A DNA stretch of 64,000 nt from Escherichia phage vB_EcoM_SA35RD, in sequence record OL960577.1, one strand, 5' to 3'. The notes below the pieces were generated by a model. That model saw only the letters and a list, made by a program, of their open reading frames with translations, searched no databases and had not been told where the DNA came from. Of this stretch, positions 60,916-64,000 are shown piece after piece (within the stretch, counting starts at the first letter, position 1; every line of letters starts with the position of its first letter). A program made the position numbers and the translations under genes.

Positions 60916-61362
60916 TTAATAACTCTGCAGAATGAATTTGAAGTTATCAGCCAGAAGACGGTTCATTTCAGTGAGTGTTTGATATTCTGATGTATGGTTG
61001 CGAGTGAATGCCAGAGCCAATTGACCTTTACCGTAACCAGTAGTCAGTGGTTTCATGTTCTTAGCTGCAACAAAGATTACATCATATTCAATATTGTTAG
61101 TGCCCATGGTACGAGCCAGTTGCGAACGGCCTTGACGAATGTGAGAAAGAATTGCATCCAACCCTTGTTTAGAACGTTGACGTCCTACAAAGAACCGTGC
61201 TGCTACTTGTCGCCAATCTGATGAACCTTTAACAAAGAAGTAAAAACCTTCACGAGAACGAAACTCTTTAGAAACTTCAGAACCATATTCGCCATTACGA
61301 ACTACTGCAACAACTTCACCGCCAACTGCCAGAAGGTCTTTACGAGTTAAATATTTGGACAT
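60916..61362 (-). CDS. ndd: Nucleoid disruption protein Ndd-like
   Basis: 148 aa (T4 Ndd 151 aa); position between 52/ac and denB; own early-type promoter; assigned by size and synteny. Confidence 0.55.
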   Translation of the reverse strand: MSKYLTRKDLLAVGGEVVAVVRNGEYGSEVSKEFRSREGFYFFVKGSSDWRQVAARFFVGRQRSKQGLDAILSHIRQGRSQLARTMGTNNIEYDVIFVAAKNMKPLTTGYGKGQLALAFTRNHTSEYQTLTEMNRLLADNFKFILQSY

Positions 61363-61406
61363 GCTAATTTCCTCAATTGATTAATGTTTTTGTAATCCAT
61401 GAGAGC

Positions 61407-61436
61407 ATTATACTCTGCTCTCAAGAGTTTGTACAA
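61407..61436 (-). promoter_or_regulatory. Early promoter variant (TTGTAC -35) with dyad GAGAGC/GCTCTC
   Basis: Nearly identical to promoter at 32216-32245 but -35 is TTGTAC and dyad arms carry two compensatory changes. Confidence 0.45.
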
Positions 61437-61438
61437 TT

Positions 61439-61639
61439 TTATTCGGCTATATCAGAACGTTCAAAAAGCTCTTCAACAGTTAAACATTCAGTGTCATCCT
61501 CAATAAAGAATCGGGTCCAACACGTTGGGGCGATGCAGTTATGAGTTTGTCCGGCTATAGAAGCTACACGAATAAGCTGCTGACCATTATTCAGGACAAA
61601 TTTTTCACCAATTTCAACATCTTTAAAAAGCTTAGCCAT
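61439..61639 (-). CDS. Hypothetical protein (66 aa)
   Basis: ORF with early promoter and SD (GAGGAATACAAA-ATG). Confidence 0.55.
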   Translation of the reverse strand: MAKLFKDVEIGEKFVLNNGQQLIRVASIAGQTHNCIAPTCWTRFFIEDDTECLTVEELFERSDIAE

Positions 61640-61667
61640 TTTGTATTCCTCGTGTTTTGATAGGACT

Positions 61668-61697
61668 ACTATACCATAATCCTACCTTGATGTAAAC
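61668..61697 (-). promoter_or_regulatory. T4-type early promoter
   Basis: GTTTAC, 18 nt, TATAGT; dyad TAGGATTA/TAGTCCTA (7 of 8) around the -10. Confidence 0.5.
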
Positions 61698-61699
61698 AA

Positions 61700-61810
61700 T
61701 TAAATTACATTAAAATATGTTAAAGCCAACCATGTTCCAGTGAACGAACATGCGATGTAAAAACCTGTATCGCAAATTGTTCTTAGTACAATAAGAAGTG
61801 CATTTTTCAT
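61700..61810 (-). CDS. Possible 36-aa hydrophobic micro-protein (not in ORF track)
   Basis: Hand-translated MKNALLIVLRTICDTGFYIACSFTGTWLALTYFNVI; ATG overlaps stop of the preceding micro-ORF (TTATGA). Confidence 0.35.
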   Translation of the reverse strand: MKNALLIVLRTICDTGFYIACSFTGTWLALTYFNVI

Positions 61811-61893
61811 AAGTACCTCAACACAATTGAAAATATTATACAAATCATTGGGATACTAAGCAACCATATTCCGATCCACATTTTAGAGCTCAT
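61807..61893 (-). CDS. Possible 28-aa hydrophobic micro-protein (not in ORF track)
   Basis: Hand-translated MSSKMWIGIWLLSIPMICIIFSIVLRYL; ATG overlaps TGA stop of the 87-aa gene (ATGA coupling). Confidence 0.35.
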   Translation of the reverse strand: MSSKMWIGIWLLSIPMICIIFSIVLRYL

Positions 61894-62153
61894 ATCTCAA
61901 CTTCCGCGAGTTCCATATATCCTTTGTTGATAACCTCTTTAAGGTCTTTAGAAAGAATAACACCAAAATGGTCGTTCATATGTCCGTTAACTAAACGAGT
62001 TATTTCGGCTTCAGATGACATATAAGGCACGTCCGAGTCCCAGTGAGATAGACCTAAATGGGTATAAATCATCCCTTCGTCATCTGCGGTGTTGTACATT
62101 GAAACAAACTCACCTGTTACTTTATGTTTTGCGTAGAAAAATTTAAATTTCAT
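61890..62153 (-). CDS. Hypothetical protein (87 aa)
   Basis: ORF with early promoter and SD (AGAGGATAACATC-ATG). Confidence 0.6.
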   Translation of the reverse strand: MKFKFFYAKHKVTGEFVSMYNTADDEGMIYTHLGLSHWDSDVPYMSSEAEITRLVNGHMNDHFGVILSKDLKEVINKGYMELAEVEI

Positions 62154-62179
62154 GATGTTATCCTCTTTTAGATAGGACT

Positions 62180-62209
62180 ACTATATCATAGTCCTACTTA
62201 GTTGTAAAC
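62180..62209 (-). promoter_or_regulatory. T4-type early promoter with 8-bp dyad
   Basis: GTTTAC, 18 nt, TATAGT; perfect inverted repeat TAGGACTA / TAGTCCTA around the -10. Confidence 0.55.
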
Positions 62210-62221
62210 ACCTTTATGAAA

Positions 62222-62779
62222 TTAAAGATGAAGATACCACCCGTTGTAGTTGCTCTTACGGACGATTTTCTTTAGGTCTTCATGGTCTCCCACGAACTTT
62301 ATAGAATAAGAGAAGACGTCAGGTGAGGTTTCTTTGACATCTAATATAATAATGCAATCTGCGACTCGATGGTTCAAGAAGGGCCCTATATTGATTCCAT
62401 TACCACCCGGATAATCACCACTGTATCCTGTGGTAACCGAAATCCATTTAGAATCTATCTGGTGCGTCTTGACTTCGACACGCAACCCGCAGTATTTAGG
62501 ATGAGCTAACACGTCCCATGCATACGTGTACGGGTCTTCTACGTCTTCATTACCTTTATTAACATATCCATCTAGCCAATTTGCTACTACATACTCTGCA
62601 AAGATTGCAACCTTACAACGTCGAACTACATCTTCTTTGTTTTGGTCAGGATTTTGGCTCAACGAATACCGAGCAGTGTCAGCAATCTTCACCTTCATTT
62701 CACTAGTCAAAAACTCATTCGACAGGATAAATGTCGGAAGATTCTTCAGTCTCAACAGTCCCAAGTTCGTCTTTACCAT
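62222..62779 (-). CDS. denB: Endonuclease IV-like protein
   Basis: 185 aa from MVKTNL… with SD AGAGGT (T4 DenB 185 aa); position between ndd cluster and rIIB; assignment by size and synteny. Confidence 0.5.
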   Translation of the reverse strand: MVKTNLGLLRLKNLPTFILSNEFLTSEMKVKIADTARYSLSQNPDQNKEDVVRRCKVAIFAEYVVANWLDGYVNKGNEDVEDPYTYAWDVLAHPKYCGLRVEVKTHQIDSKWISVTTGYSGDYPGGNGINIGPFLNHRVADCIIILDVKETSPDVFSYSIKFVGDHEDLKKIVRKSNYNGWYLHL

Positions 62780-63002
62780 AGATACCTCTGATGTGTAGTT
62801 CGCCAAAATAAATGCGGTCACCTTCTTCAAGATATTCTGCATCTACCGGCGGAATTTCAATAACAACTTCGTCGCATTCTAACCAGCCGTAGTGTGCATC
62901 GCCAGGATGTTTTACCAATTTAGCACAATAAACTGATTTACACTTATGATGACCACGAAGATTAGCAATTTTGGATTCTGATACGTCAAATGGATGAATC
63001 AT
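62715..63002 (-). CDS. Hypothetical protein (95 aa), denB.1-like position
   Basis: ORF with SD after the rIIB terminator; 64-nt overlap with the denB start region. Confidence 0.5.
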   Translation of the reverse strand: MIHPFDVSESKIANLRGHHKCKSVYCAKLVKHPGDAHYGWLECDEVVIEIPPVDAEYLEEGDRIYFGELHIRGIYGKDELGTVETEESSDIYPVE

Positions 63003-63022
63003 AATTACCCCTAAAGAAAAAA

Positions 63023-63038
63023 GGGGACCGAAGTCCCC
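63023..63038 (-). terminator. Intrinsic terminator after rIIB
   Basis: GGGGACUUCGGUCCCC followed by UUUUUUC on the minus transcript. Confidence 0.65.
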
Positions 63039-63043
63039 AATTA

Positions 63044-63991
63044 TTATTCTGCAAACAATTCAGTAACGTCTGAAATTACTTCATAACGACATGTACGCAT
63101 CTTAGCATCACCATAGTCAACCGGGATGGATACAACATCACGTGGATGAACTTTAACCTTAACAACTTTATCTGAGCTTGAACCAAAGTGGCGAATATAA
63201 GATTTAGCACAAACGTGGAGACCGCGAGAACAGGTTTGCGTATCATCATCGTTAACACGAGTACGAGGCATTGAAACAACTTTACCTGGGGAGTTATCAA
63301 ATGTACCACTATAGCAGTCTAAATAGTCCTTACGAACTACTTTCCACGCATAGAAATACCCATCTTCAGTGATTTCAATATCATTTGCAACCAAGAAGTC
63401 GAATAAACGTTGTACAGCTTTTTCGCTTGGGTTTTCTAACAGGTTTTCAAGGAACGGCAGATAGAATTTAAAGTCTTCACCTTTTTCCATGGAATCAATA
63501 ATACGGTTAACCAGTCCTGAACGAATTTCTATACCTTGATAAAATAAACTACCACCTTCAATAGTAACATTACCATCAACAAACTTACTAATAGCTTTCT
63601 TGATGTTAATAAGTTCGACAGCTTTACTAAGGTTTCCTGCGACCAAATTAGCTTTAATTTCTTCAAAATTTGCATGACTTGATGGGGTCGCATTGTATGC
63701 TACGCGTCCTTCAATAATTGAAATAAATTTAGATGACGCGTTCCATACGATTTCAGGACGATGTCCGCCGATAATAGGTTCATCATTTTCTGGAACTTCT
63801 TCGATTACATAAGAGGCATCGTTTGCTTCAGGGACAACGCCTTCTGCTTTAAAATTCTTAACAATCTTACGAAGAGTATCTGTTGAAATGTCGAAGTAAT
63901 CGGCAATTTCTTTACGAGTCCATTTGCCTGATTCAACCATGCCGTAAGCTTCTAACTGTTCTTCTTGGGACAAGCATTTAATATTGTACAT
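63044..63991 (-). CDS. rIIB: rIIB rapid-lysis / membrane integrity protein
   Basis: 315 aa; MYNIKCLSQEEQ… and conserved C-terminal half (EDFKFYLPFLENLLENPSEKAVQRLFDFLVANDIEITEDGYFYAWKVV…) match T4 rIIB. Confidence 0.9.
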   Translation of the reverse strand: MYNIKCLSQEEQLEAYGMVESGKWTRKEIADYFDISTDTLRKIVKNFKAEGVVPEANDASYVIEEVPENDEPIIGGHRPEIVWNASSKFISIIEGRVAYNATPSSHANFEEIKANLVAGNLSKAVELINIKKAISKFVDGNVTIEGGSLFYQGIEIRSGLVNRIIDSMEKGEDFKFYLPFLENLLENPSEKAVQRLFDFLVANDIEITEDGYFYAWKVVRKDYLDCYSGTFDNSPGKVVSMPRTRVNDDDTQTCSRGLHVCAKSYIRHFGSSSDKVVKVKVHPRDVVSIPVDYGDAKMRTCRYEVISDVTELFAE

Positions 63992-64000
63992 AATGTTTCC

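Overview
This window reads as a T4-like (Tevenvirinae) myovirus genome segment, syntenic with T4 from the prohead core genes (67/68/21/22/23) through to rIIB. Late structural genes lie on the + strand: gp21-gp24, uvsW, baseplate genes 51/27/28/29/48/54, long tail fibre genes 34-38 and holin t. Early/middle genes lie on the - strand: rnlB, hoc, inh, uvsY, 25/26, alt, ligase 30, rIII, 31, cd, pseT, alc, rnlA, denA, nrdB, nrdA, td, frd, 32, 59, 33, dsbA, rnh, asiA, motA, 52, ndd, denB, rIIB. Gene identities come from my recall of T4 protein sequences, sizes and gene order; nothing was searched. About 15 T4-type early promoters (GTTTAC, 17-18 bp spacer, TAyTAT-like -10) precede - strand genes, about 10 TATAAATA late promoters precede late genes, and GC-rich tetraloop hairpins (UUCG in the transcript) mark most operon ends. 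The most notable accessory content is a full-length DAHP synthase (AroG/F/H family) gene translationally coupled to dCMP deaminase. Others are a free-standing GIY-YIG homing-endonuclease gene between genes 59 and 33, a NADAR/YbiA-like gene downstream of ligase and alt, a lipoprotein plus membrane coiled-coil pair near alc, and several small unlisted ORFs. td and nrdB are uninterrupted (no group I introns). An unexpected pattern is sequence-variable but symmetry-conserved dyad repeats flanking the -10 element of many early promoters, including one compensatory pair.
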